Part shown: piece by piece, positions 1 to 9,000 of the stretch | How positions within the stretch are numbered: position 1 is the first letter of the stretch | Layout of the letters: every line of letters begins with the position of its first letter | Assembly (NCBI GenBank): GCA_032128115.1 | Contig: JAQBHB010000021.1 | Coordinates: 1-23,907 of the forward strand | Length of the DNA stretch: 23,907 nt | DNA from: Deltaproteobacteria bacterium | Lineage (GTDB): Bacteria; Myxococcota_A; UBA9160; SMWR01 | Direction: 5' to 3' | Notes under the pieces: generated by a model | Seen by the model: the letters and a program-made list of their open reading frames with translations, nothing else | Database searches by the model: none | Told to the model about the DNA's origin: nothing | Translations under genes and position numbers: made by a program

Positions 1-1
1 G

Positions 2-361
2 GAGAAGCTCTTCGCCGCCGAGGCGAAGGACGCCGTGCGCTCGCGCACGCTCTCCGGGAAGCCGGCCCGCATGCTCCGCACCGCGTGGACCGAAGCGTGG
101 CTGCGCCCCGACTGCCCGGGCACGCTCCCGATGCCGCTCCAGTACATGGCGTGCGCCGAGGCCAGTCAGCGCATCAGTCTCGCGGCGCGAAACCCCAACG
201 CGAAGGCGCGCGAGCTGCTGGGCATGCCCGTGGGACAGGTGGTGAGCCGCATGAACGAGGTCAAGAAGTCGTCGGAAGTGATGTACGAGATCATCGACGA
301 GTTCGTCGAAACCGTGCGACGTCTCGACGGCCTGCTCGAGGCCGCCGAAAAACGCGGTTGA
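2..361 (+). CDS. Nitronate monooxygenase / NAD(P)H-dependent flavin oxidoreductase family protein (IpdC/Rv3553-like), 3' part, 5'-truncated by the window
   Basis: Frame open from position 2 (EKLFAAEAKDAVRSRTLSGKPARMLRTAWTEAW...LPMPLQ...GMPVGQVVSRMNEV), matching the C-terminus typical of this family; stop TGA 359-361. Confidence 0.75.
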   Translation, partial: EKLFAAEAKDAVRSRTLSGKPARMLRTAWTEAWLRPDCPGTLPMPLQYMACAEASQRISLAARNPNAKARELLGMPVGQVVSRMNEVKKSSEVMYEIIDEFVETVRRLDGLLEAAEKRG

Positions 362-414
362 ATCCGGTCGAGAAACGCTCGGGACTCCTTCCGATCACCT
401 AGAGGCATCGATTC

Positions 415-2199
415 GTGCGCATCCTCGGCCTGCTTGGAGATGGGAAGAACCCGGGGGCCTGCCTGGTGAGCGACGGCGCCCTCGTGGCCTTCGTGGAAGA
501 GGAGCGCGTCACCCGCTTCAAGTCGTCCCACGGCTTCTTCCCGGCCCGGGCCGCGAAGGCTTGCCTGGAGATCGCCGGCCTCGGGAGCCTGGACGACATC
601 GATGCCGTGGCCTGGGCGTGGGACGCCCACAAATACCCGATCCGGATGGCCAGTTTTTTTGCCAGGTCCTGGCTGCGAAACCGGGGGCGTGTCCGCCGTC
701 CCCTGCGCGCCGGCCCCGCACGGGGCGCCGGCCCCATCGCGACCGTCCTGCGCGAACTGGATCACGAACGGCCCGCCACCCGGGAAGAGCGCTTGCGCCG
801 TGAGCTTCGTGCGGTGGGTCTTCCCGGACGCATCCCGCCTCTCCACTTCCTTCCCCACCACCTGTGCCACGCGGCCAGCGCCTATCACCTGAGCGGCTTC
901 CCGGACGCCGCCATCCTGGTGATGGACGGCAGCGGCGAAGACACCTGCACGGTCCTGGCCCAGGGAAACGACGACCAGATTCGCCAGCTGGAATCGGTTC
1001 CCATTCCGGATTCGCTGGGCTGGTACTACGCGGCCTTCAGCGAGGTGCTTGGCTTCACTCCCTATCGCGACGAGGGCAAGTTGATGGGCCTGGCGGCCTA
1101 CGGGGAGGTCACGGACCGCTGGGATGAGGTGGTGTCCCGGGTTCTCAAGCTGGAATCCGACGGCAGCTACCAGGTGAACCCCCGCTTCACACTGCTGGGC
1201 CACCACCATCTGGCCAACCACGCCTCGGACGAGTTGGTGTCGCTGTGCGGGGGGATCCGGGCACGCGATCGGGCCCTGGAAGACGACCACCGCAACCTGG
1301 CCCACGCCGTGCAGAAGGGGCTCGAGCGCGCCGCCCTGGGACTGGCCCGTCGCGCCCTTGCGCGCACCGGATCCGCAAACCTGTGCCTTGCCGGCGGCGT
1401 GGCCCTCAACTGCAAGATGAACGGGGTGCTGCGAACGGAATCCGGATGCGAACGACTGTTCGTACAACCGGCCGCCAACGACGCGGGCGCCGCCCTGGGC
1501 GCCGCGTTGCTGCTCTCCCAACAGCTTGATCGCAGCGTGCGCTTCCCGCTCCAACACACCCACTATGGACCGGGCTTCGACAATGACCAGATCCGCAACA
1601 CGCTGGACACCTGCCGACTCGACTACGAAACGCCCGACGACGTGGTGGAGGCGGCCGCCCGCCTGATCGCCGACGACCGGGTCGTGGGGTGGTTCCAGGG
1701 TCGCATGGAATTCGGATCCCGCGCTCTGGGGGGGCGCAGCATCCTGGCCAACCCCTGCGCGCCCGACATGGCCGACAAGGTGAACCGGCTGGTGAAGTTC
1801 CGGGAGCCCTGGCGCCCGTTCTGCCCCTCCATGTCGGAAGGGGTGGAGTCGGACTGGCTCGAATCGGGCGAGCCCGCGCCCTTCATGATCGTCGCGTACG
1901 ACGCCAAGCCGGGCTGGAAGCAGCGGCTTCCGGCGGTGGTCCACGCCGACGGTTCGGTTCGACCCCAGACGGTTTCGGGAACGCTCTCGCCAGCCGACCG
2001 ACCCGAGAACCGCTACCGCACACTGATCGATGCGGTGGGCGCCCACACGGGACAGCGCGTGGTGTTGAATACCAGCTTCAATGTGCGCGGCGAACCCATC
2101 GTGTGCACGCCGCTCGACGCCGTTCGCTGCTTCATGGCTACCGGCATGGAGGCTCTGGTCGCGGGCGACTTCCTGCTCAAGAAGAAGGGGGTGCCGTGA
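415..2199 (+). CDS. Carbamoyltransferase, NodU/CmcH/TobZ family
   Basis: 594 aa; motifs EEERVTRFK, HHLCHAASAY, DGSGE, EGKLMGLAAYG, LAGGVALN, DAG, GRMEFGSRALGGRS, KFREPWRPF, LNTSFN. Confidence 0.95.
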   Translation: MRILGLLGDGKNPGACLVSDGALVAFVEEERVTRFKSSHGFFPARAAKACLEIAGLGSLDDIDAVAWAWDAHKYPIRMASFFARSWLRNRGRVRRPLRAGPARGAGPIATVLRELDHERPATREERLRRELRAVGLPGRIPPLHFLPHHLCHAASAYHLSGFPDAAILVMDGSGEDTCTVLAQGNDDQIRQLESVPIPDSLGWYYAAFSEVLGFTPYRDEGKLMGLAAYGEVTDRWDEVVSRVLKLESDGSYQVNPRFTLLGHHHLANHASDELVSLCGGIRARDRALEDDHRNLAHAVQKGLERAALGLARRALARTGSANLCLAGGVALNCKMNGVLRTESGCERLFVQPAANDAGAALGAALLLSQQLDRSVRFPLQHTHYGPGFDNDQIRNTLDTCRLDYETPDDVVEAAARLIADDRVVGWFQGRMEFGSRALGGRSILANPCAPDMADKVNRLVKFREPWRPFCPSMSEGVESDWLESGEPAPFMIVAYDAKPGWKQRLPAVVHADGSVRPQTVSGTLSPADRPENRYRTLIDAVGAHTGQRVVLNTSFNVRGEPIVCTPLDAVRCFMATGMEALVAGDFLLKKKGVP

Positions 2200-3028
2200 G
2201 CGACCCGGCCAGCACCTCGCGCACGGGGCCCCAGCGGAACTCGCCGAGCAGTCTTCGCACCCGGGGCCGCACGCGAGCGAGGCCGTAGTAGCGCGCCACG
2301 CGCCACAGGCCGGCGTACTCGCCCCGGGGCTGGTCGCCATCGAATTCCCAGGGATGGGCGTAGAAGATCACCGGGTGGCCGGCTGCGTTCAGACTCCGAT
2401 ACGCGGAGCGCAGCAGCGCCAGCGGCAACAGGCGCAGGTAGAAGCCGCCGGCGACCGGCAGGTTGATGCCGGCCACCCGAGCGGTGGAAGGCGGCACTTC
2501 CCACAGATCGCGCCCGTCCAGACGATGGGGCAGGCGCGGCGCGCTCGGGATCCCGTAGAGCCCTCCCCGCACGGGAAAGATGCTGGAGTCGTAGCGGAAC
2601 CCACAGGCCTCGATCACGTCGAGGGCCCACAGGGTCTTCTCGGTCACCGTGAACGTGCTGGCCCGGTAGCCCCAGACCGGCGCCGAGATGAGATCGGTCA
2701 GGAAGCCCACGGCGCGTTCGGTCTCGCCCCGAAACTCGTCGCGCGACTGGGTGTGCAGCATCTGGTGGCTGTGGCCATGGCACGCGATTTCGTGGCCTGC
2801 CGCGTGGATGCGCCGAACCGTCTCCGGATGGCGCTCGGCCGCATGGCCCAGGATGAAGAAGGTGGCGCTGACGCCAGCCTCGTCCAGCAGGGCCAGCAGG
2901 TCGTCGGTCACCCGGGGCAATCGCGCTTCGAAACCGTCCCAACGCTCGGGTTGGGCCAGGAGCCCGTGGTACCAGTCCTCCCAATCGATGGTGAGCGCAT
3001 TCAAGACGCGCGCGTCGGACTCCATCAT
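2177..3028 (-). CDS. Polysaccharide deacetylase (CE4, PEP-CTERM-locus-like, DUF3473 C-terminal domain)
   Basis: Motifs NALTIDWEDWYH, ATFFILG, GHEIACHGHSH, GYRA, YDSS, GGFYLR, FYAHPWEFD. Start ATG 3028 overlaps the upstream stop (ATGA coupling); the 3' end overlaps the convergent carbamoyltransferase by 23 bp. Confidence 0.92.
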   Translation of the reverse strand: MMESDARVLNALTIDWEDWYHGLLAQPERWDGFEARLPRVTDDLLALLDEAGVSATFFILGHAAERHPETVRRIHAAGHEIACHGHSHQMLHTQSRDEFRGETERAVGFLTDLISAPVWGYRASTFTVTEKTLWALDVIEACGFRYDSSIFPVRGGLYGIPSAPRLPHRLDGRDLWEVPPSTARVAGINLPVAGGFYLRLLPLALLRSAYRSLNAAGHPVIFYAHPWEFDGDQPRGEYAGLWRVARYYGLARVRPRVRRLLGEFRWGPVREVLAGSLTAPPSS

Positions 3029-6000
3029 CTCGGGACCCCGGTCCGGTTCAGCCCCACGCCAAGCATCGCCTCCAGGCGATCCGCGTCGGGGCCCGCGCGC
3101 CCGGATTCCCGCATCGCCACCGCCAGGTCGAGCGCACTCCGAGCGATCGTGTCCCGGCCTTGCGCCGGCCGCAGGCGTTGGGCCAGTTCGTACAGGGTCA
3201 CCCAGGCGCCGGAGTCGTCTCCGGCTGCGAACGCCGCCTGGGCGCGCAGGCCGAGATCGTCGACCGACGCATTCGCGGAGAGCGAGGCGTCGAGAAGCTC
3301 CAGGGCCTCGCGGGCGCGCGACGGATCGCGGCCGGCGAGGCGCCAGCCCACGCGAAGACGCACCGCATCCTCGAACCAGGGATCCCACGGGTCCAATTGC
3401 GCCAGCTCGGCGTCGAGCGCCTGGACCGCCGCCCAGTCATCGCGGGACACTGCCGCCTGTCCCCGCAGGATCGCGCGGTGCGGCCCCCGCAATCCGGCGG
3501 CGAGGGCATCGATCCGCTGCGAATCCGGGGGCTCGGCTCGCCGCGCCAGCTGCAACAATGCGAGGGTTGCCTCCTGCGAGCCCGGGTCGAGCACCAGCGC
3601 ACGTTCCAGATGATCGCGCGCCGCAGAGGAGTGGCCGGCAGCGGCATGCACCCAGCCCAACGAGAGAGCGCGGACGAGCGGGTCCGCCGTTGCCAGGGCC
3701 ACCCGGTGGGCTCGGGCCCGCCGCCCCCGCGCCAATAGGCGCCGCACCAGCAGAACGCGATCCAGCTCCGGGGTGGGCTTGACCAGCGGATCGAGCGACG
3801 CCCAGAGTTCGTGGGTGGGATACTCGTCACGCGCCCGTGCGTAGCGAGCCGAGCGCATGCGAACCCGGTTGTGGTCGTCCGTGTTGGGGCGCGCGCCCTG
3901 GGAGAACGCCCGGGATCCCGCCTCGTCGAGCATCAGCGCCGCGGCCAGGTCTTCCGGACCGAAGACGCCGAGCCGGGCGTAGAACGCCGGCGCGTCGGCG
4001 ATTGCCTGGCGCGCCCGGGTCTCCACGTCGAGCGAGCGGTCCGAGGCGAGGAAGTACAGGGCTCCCGACCGCTGGTAGACGCGCACGTGGGGAAACACCT
4101 GGACCAGGGTTCCCACCAGCGCCTGCAACAACGGCTCATCCACAAAGCGGGCGCCCATCCACTGGACCAGCACTCCGCCTGGATCGAGGTGATCGCGTGC
4201 CAGTTCGAAGAACTCGCGCGTGTACAGGTGCGAGGAGCCCGCCGTCCACGGATGGGACGGCTGCGAGACGATGGCATCGTAGCGGCGGTCGGTGAGCAAC
4301 AGCGCCCCTCGCGCATCGTTCACGACGAGCAGGACGCGCGGATCCGAAAGCGGATCCCGGAAACGCTCGGCGGCGATTGCGCGATTGGCTCGGATCACCT
4401 CGTCCTCGAGCTCCACCACGTGGATCGACTCGACGGAAGCTGACACTCCCTCCAGGGCCACGCCCCCTCCGAGTCCCACCACCAGCAGGCTGCGCGCCTC
4501 TGGGCGCGCGAGCGTTGCGATGGCCGTCAGCCACTGGCTCGCTGCCACGTGGCCCCCACGCGGCGCGATCCACGCCTCGGCCAACCCGTTCGTGCGCAGG
4601 CGCCAGCCTCCGTTCTGCTCCGTGAGCAGGACGGTTCCGCTGCGACCCACGCCGAAGTAGACGAGCCCGCCGGAAGCGGGCGCTCCTCCCATGGGCGAGG
4701 CGCGCAGCAGGTTCCGGGGCGGTGCGGGCGGAAGCACGACCCAACACGCCACCCCGGCCGCCGCCACCAGCGCGAAGCGGCGCCAGCCCGCCACGCGCGG
4801 CACGGCCACGACCAGCGCGAGCGCCAGGTTCGCCGCGATCCCCACGCTCACCGCACCCGCGTAGCCCCGGGCGGGCAACAGGAAGAAGCCGGTGCCGATC
4901 GCCCCGACGATGGCGCCGCCCGTACTCCACGCGAATACCCGAGCACTGGCGGGACCCGCGTCGGCCTCTCCGCGCGCCAGGATGCGCACCGCCAGCGGGA
5001 AGGTGGCTCCGATACAGAGCGCTCCGGGAAGCAGCACCGCGGCCGCGACGAGCGCGTCGGCCGCCAGGCGAGTGCCGGCAGTGGTTGCGATGGTCTGGGA
5101 GAGGTCGGGCATCCGATCCAGCGCGGTAAAGGCTGCAAGTGTCAGCAGCGCCGCACCGAGTTGGGCCCAGGCAAAGCCCCGTGCGGCGCGATTGGGGTCA
5201 CTGGCCACTCTCGATGCCAGCACCGAGCCCAGGGCAATGCCCGTGAGAAAGCTCGCGAGCATGGTGGAGAAGGCCTGGACGCTGCCGCCGAGCACGTGGC
5301 TGAGAAGCCTCGACCACAAGACCTCGTACCCGAACGAGACCGCCCCCGAGATGAGGACGCACACCAGGATCCAACGGGCCGCGTTCGCCGGCACGCGCGC
5401 AGGGTTCATGGGAGGAGCGGGCTCCATGGGCGGTGCCGCGCGAGAGAGAGCCACCGCCGCCAGGAATACCGCCGCGTTGGCCCCCACTCCCACCCAGATC
5501 GTCCGGCCCAGACCCAGCGCCGGCAGCAGCGCGAAGCCCGCCACACAGGTGCCGACCACCGCCCCCAGGGTATTGACCGCGTAGAGCCCCCCGACCCTCG
5601 ACCCGACCTGGCTGTCGCGGCGCACCGCGTGCCGCGCCAACAACGGCAACGTGGCGCCCATGAGTGCCGTAGGAACCAGCAGCACCGCGAAGGCCGATGC
5701 CACATAGAACAGTCCGTGGCCGACCCCTCCGGCGGACGGGGGCTCGGGCTGGCCGCCGAAGAGCGCCACCAGCAGGGAGGTGGCGGCGCCGAGCCCCAGC
5801 GGCACCGCCAGGGCCGAGAGCGCGATGCCCAGCTCGAGCAGACCGTAGGCCCGCAGCGGTCGCCGGATCCGGTGCGCCAGGCGGGCCGCCGCTGCCGCGC
5901 CCACCGCGAGCCCGCCCATGTAGGCCGCCAGCACCGTCGCAATCGCCAGCTCCGACGTGCCGAAGACGAACTCGAACTGTCGCGTCCAGGCCGTCTGGTA

Positions 6001-6069
6001 CACCAATCCCGCGAACCCAGACAGGAAGAAGCACGCCAACAGCAGCGCGAAACCGAGTCCGCTCTTCAC
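3025..6069 (-). CDS. Fused MFS-like membrane domain / spermidine synthase-like protein with helical (TPR-like) C-terminus
   Basis: 1014 aa; FLSGFAGLVYQTAWTR, MGATLPLL, LYAVNTLG and SFGYEVLWSRLL membrane repeats; VGLGGG, VELEDEV, NDARGAL, YDAIVSQPSHPW, LYTREFF, PGGVLVQW. Confidence 0.9.
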   Translation of the reverse strand: MKSGLGFALLLACFFLSGFAGLVYQTAWTRQFEFVFGTSELAIATVLAAYMGGLAVGAAAAARLAHRIRRPLRAYGLLELGIALSALAVPLGLGAATSLLVALFGGQPEPPSAGGVGHGLFYVASAFAVLLVPTALMGATLPLLARHAVRRDSQVGSRVGGLYAVNTLGAVVGTCVAGFALLPALGLGRTIWVGVGANAAVFLAAVALSRAAPPMEPAPPMNPARVPANAARWILVCVLISGAVSFGYEVLWSRLLSHVLGGSVQAFSTMLASFLTGIALGSVLASRVASDPNRAARGFAWAQLGAALLTLAAFTALDRMPDLSQTIATTAGTRLAADALVAAAVLLPGALCIGATFPLAVRILARGEADAGPASARVFAWSTGGAIVGAIGTGFFLLPARGYAGAVSVGIAANLALALVVAVPRVAGWRRFALVAAAGVACWVVLPPAPPRNLLRASPMGGAPASGGLVYFGVGRSGTVLLTEQNGGWRLRTNGLAEAWIAPRGGHVAASQWLTAIATLARPEARSLLVVGLGGGVALEGVSASVESIHVVELEDEVIRANRAIAAERFRDPLSDPRVLLVVNDARGALLLTDRRYDAIVSQPSHPWTAGSSHLYTREFFELARDHLDPGGVLVQWMGARFVDEPLLQALVGTLVQVFPHVRVYQRSGALYFLASDRSLDVETRARQAIADAPAFYARLGVFGPEDLAAALMLDEAGSRAFSQGARPNTDDHNRVRMRSARYARARDEYPTHELWASLDPLVKPTPELDRVLLVRRLLARGRRARAHRVALATADPLVRALSLGWVHAAAGHSSAARDHLERALVLDPGSQEATLALLQLARRAEPPDSQRIDALAAGLRGPHRAILRGQAAVSRDDWAAVQALDAELAQLDPWDPWFEDAVRLRVGWRLAGRDPSRAREALELLDASLSANASVDDLGLRAQAAFAAGDDSGAWVTLYELAQRLRPAQGRDTIARSALDLAVAMRESGRAGPDADRLEAMLGVGLNRTGVPR

Positions 6070-6075
6070 GAGTGG

Positions 6076-8367
6076 CTAGTCCCCCTCGGCGACACCGTAT
6101 TCGTCGCGTGGGTAGAGGTCGGTGTTCACATCCACCAGCTGACTGCGATCGAAATCCGGGCCCACCTCGTTCCAGCTCATGCCCAGGATCTTCGAGATCA
6201 CCTTGCTGAGATTGATGCCGGCGTTCTCGTACCAGGCCAGGGCGTGCGGGCTGAGTGCCCGCTCCCGGATCGCGTCGGCATCCATGGCGATGGGCTGGTT
6301 GCTGCCCACCACGAATTCCTTCGCCAACCAGACGTGGGGGAAAGCCTGGATGAACGTGCGCCGGATCCGCTTCGTGGGCGCCCAGCTCACCACCACGCCC
6401 CCGGGCTTGAGGCGATCCCGGAGCAGGGAGAAGAATTCCAACGAGTAGAGGTTGCCCGCATAGGCGCTCAGGGGCCGCAGGGCATCGGCCTCGATCACGT
6501 CGTAGCGCGTGGGACTTCGCAACAGAGCCGCGCGCCCGTCGCCAAAGCGGAGATCGATGCGCGGATCGTGCAGAACGGAGGCCAGGCCCGGGTAGGGCTG
6601 GCGTTGGTAGAGCCGTTCCAGGGTATCGAGCTGGGACTCGATGAGCTCCCAGCAGGTGACGGAACGCGTGACCTCGCGGCCAGCCACCGAGAACAGGGTG
6701 TCTCCCGAGCCCAGTCCGATCACGGCCACGTCCTGGGGGTGCGGATGCACGAAGACAGAGAGGATCCCCAGGAGCGAGTGCACGTCGCCGTAGGGGAGCC
6801 AACTCTGGCCGCTACCGTTGACGAAGACCGTCACTCGCGCGAACGACGGCGTCTCGGCACGCAACACCGAGACGCCGGACCCGTCTTCGCCGTGCAGGAT
6901 CCGATCCGGTTGGGAGCCGTGCAAGGCCGCCCACAGCCGCGCGCCTCCCGGTGTGACTCCTGCCGCAACCAGCGCCAGGACGAGCGCGACCGCGGGTGCC
7001 GCTTTGCGAAGTGATGTCGGCCCGGAGGCGGCCATTCGAAACCAGGCCAGCGCGAAGACACACGACAGCAATGCCGCGAAGCGAAGCGTCCCCGACGTGC
7101 CCCACACGCCCAGGAACAGCCAGCCCACGCCCACGGCGCCGAGGGCCGAGCCCGCGATGTTGGCGGCCTGGAGCCAGCCCACCCGGCGGCCGACAAAGGC
7201 GAGATCCGTCTGCACCACCCTCTGGAGCAGCGGAAAACTGAGCCCCATACACAGGGTGGGCGGAATCACCAGCGCTGCGGGAAGCACCGCGTACAACATC
7301 CACACGCGCTCGCCGCCGGCGCCGCCTTCCCAGAGCAGTCGCAGATCCAGCGGGTGATAGCGAGCCAGGTGTTCCCCCAGCGAACCCAGCCAACCGCCCT
7401 CCTGCACGCCGGAGACCAGCAGACCCACCGATAGGGCGGCATACACGGGAATCGCGGCCTGCAGGGCCAGGAATGTCCGGGCCGGATACCGCGCCCGGCG
7501 GGCGAGCGGAAGTCCGGCGAGTGTCCCGATCCCGAACCCGAGCAGGTAGATCCCCAGCAGCGAACCGAAGGTGAACGAGCTCGACTTGATCATCACGCCA
7601 AGCAGGCGGAACCAGACGATCTCGAGCGAGAGCGCCACGAAGCCCGACAGTCCGTAGAGCAGCACCCAGGCGCCGAACCCGAAGCGGACTCGCTCGCGTT
7701 GCAATCGCTCGGGAACCGCTTCGCGGCCAGGGGCCTCGACGTCGCGCGGGAACAGCGGCAGCGCCGCCAGCGCACCCACGGCACACAGAACGTTGAGCCC
7801 CGCGCCCACGTGCAGGCTGGACACGAACCCGAGCTGGCGTGCCAGGATCCACACCGTCACCACTGCGCCGGTGGCCGCGCCCAGGGTGTTGACGCCGTAG
7901 AGCGCACCCACCCGATCCGACGCCTTCGCGAGATCCCGGGTGATGGCCGTGGCCAGCAGGGGCAGCGACACGCCCATGAAGAACGTGGGCCAGAGCAGCG
8001 CCGCGAACAGCACCACCGGGAGGAGTCCCGGCGACCCAGCCAGCCCACTCCAGGTGCCGTAGAGCTTTTCGTAGTAGAGCCAGGGGCTGATCAGGGCGAA
8101 GCCGGCGACCGCCAGCTCGGCAAGCGCGAAGAGCACGACCCGCTGGCGGCGCGACGCCCGGTCGGCGATGAAGCCCCCGGCCATGGCCCCGCACCCGAGC
8201 CCCGCCATGAAGGAGGCCACGATGACCGTGACCGAGAAGACGTCGACCCCGGAGAACAGGGCCATCATCCGCTGCCAGATGACCTGGTACAGGAGCGCGG
8301 AAAAGCCGGACACGAAGAAGAGGGACAGGAGGAGATAGCGTCCCGCGGCGATGGAGAAGTCCCTCAA
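6076..8367 (-). CDS. Fused MFS-like membrane domain / spermidine synthase-like protein
   Basis: FFVSGFSALLYQVIWQR, LYGVNTLG, IGLGSGDT, GDGRAAL, YDVIEADA, NLYSLEFF, LKPGG. ORF is open from GTG 8463, but TTG 8367 (preceded by GAGAG) is the more plausible start; start uncertain. Confidence 0.88.
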   Translation of the reverse strand: MRDFSIAAGRYLLLSLFFVSGFSALLYQVIWQRMMALFSGVDVFSVTVIVASFMAGLGCGAMAGGFIADRASRRQRVVLFALAELAVAGFALISPWLYYEKLYGTWSGLAGSPGLLPVVLFAALLWPTFFMGVSLPLLATAITRDLAKASDRVGALYGVNTLGAATGAVVTVWILARQLGFVSSLHVGAGLNVLCAVGALAALPLFPRDVEAPGREAVPERLQRERVRFGFGAWVLLYGLSGFVALSLEIVWFRLLGVMIKSSSFTFGSLLGIYLLGFGIGTLAGLPLARRARYPARTFLALQAAIPVYAALSVGLLVSGVQEGGWLGSLGEHLARYHPLDLRLLWEGGAGGERVWMLYAVLPAALVIPPTLCMGLSFPLLQRVVQTDLAFVGRRVGWLQAANIAGSALGAVGVGWLFLGVWGTSGTLRFAALLSCVFALAWFRMAASGPTSLRKAAPAVALVLALVAAGVTPGGARLWAALHGSQPDRILHGEDGSGVSVLRAETPSFARVTVFVNGSGQSWLPYGDVHSLLGILSVFVHPHPQDVAVIGLGSGDTLFSVAGREVTRSVTCWELIESQLDTLERLYQRQPYPGLASVLHDPRIDLRFGDGRAALLRSPTRYDVIEADALRPLSAYAGNLYSLEFFSLLRDRLKPGGVVVSWAPTKRIRRTFIQAFPHVWLAKEFVVGSNQPIAMDADAIRERALSPHALAWYENAGINLSKVISKILGMSWNEVGPDFDRSQLVDVNTDLYPRDEYGVAEGD

Positions 8368-8491
8368 CTGACTCTCATTCCGATGACGCGAGTCTAGTCG
8401 CTGGGCCGAGCGCTGTCCTACTGGCGGCGGCCCGGCGACCCTCGAACGCCCTCCGGTGGCCACCCGCCAGGGCGTCGCGTATGGTCCGCGC

Positions 8492-8881
8492 GTGCTGCGT
8501 GCCCCTCGGCTCCTCGCCGCCGCGCTGGTCGCGGCTTTCGCCTTCGCGGCCCTGGTTCCCTGCCCTTCCGGCTCAGGTGCGCGACGAGAGCCCCCCCCGG
8601 ATCAGATCCATGAAGCTCATGATCACGCCGCCCACGATGCTCACAGGGGGCACGTCGACGCAAGCCTCGATGAGAGCGCCGCGGCCCTGGGTGCGCCTTG
8701 CCCCTGCGGCTGCGGCGGCGACGCGGCCCCCGCGGCGCCCCGCACGGTGATGGCCCACGCCCTGATCGCAACCCCTCCAGAGGCGCCGACGCGCGCGCCG
8801 GACGCGCCCCCGATCCCCAACGAGGCCTCGATTCCGCCGGCGCCCGTGCGGGGCACCGACCCGGTGCCGCGAATCGCCTGA
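8492..8881 (+). CDS. Small His/Cys/Pro-rich protein with N-terminal hydrophobic segment; DUF2946/CruR-like leader candidate
   Basis: Hydrophobic LLAAALVAAFAFAALV, His tract HEAHDHAAHDAHRGH, CPCGC, Pro-rich tail ending TDPVPRIA; lies directly upstream of a His/Met-rich outer-membrane protein. Start may be GTG 8456 or 8492. Confidence 0.6.
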   Translation: MLRAPRLLAAALVAAFAFAALVPCPSGSGARREPPPDQIHEAHDHAAHDAHRGHVDASLDESAAALGAPCPCGCGGDAAPAAPRTVMAHALIATPPEAPTRAPDAPPIPNEASIPPAPVRGTDPVPRIA

Positions 8882-9000
8882 CTCCTCGCTGCCGAAGTCG
8901 CTGCGCCCGCGGGCGCGGCACCCGGAAATTCTCGATTGCGTGACTCCCGGGATCGGCCGCATTGCGCGCCGTTTCCGGGCCCGCGCACGTGGAGTCTTTG

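Noticed and set aside
8456..8463. Palindrome GTGGCCAC giving head-to-head GTG starts for two divergent ORFs
   Set aside because: An 8-bp palindrome is expected by chance; starts at 8367 and 8492 are more plausible and leave room for promoters.
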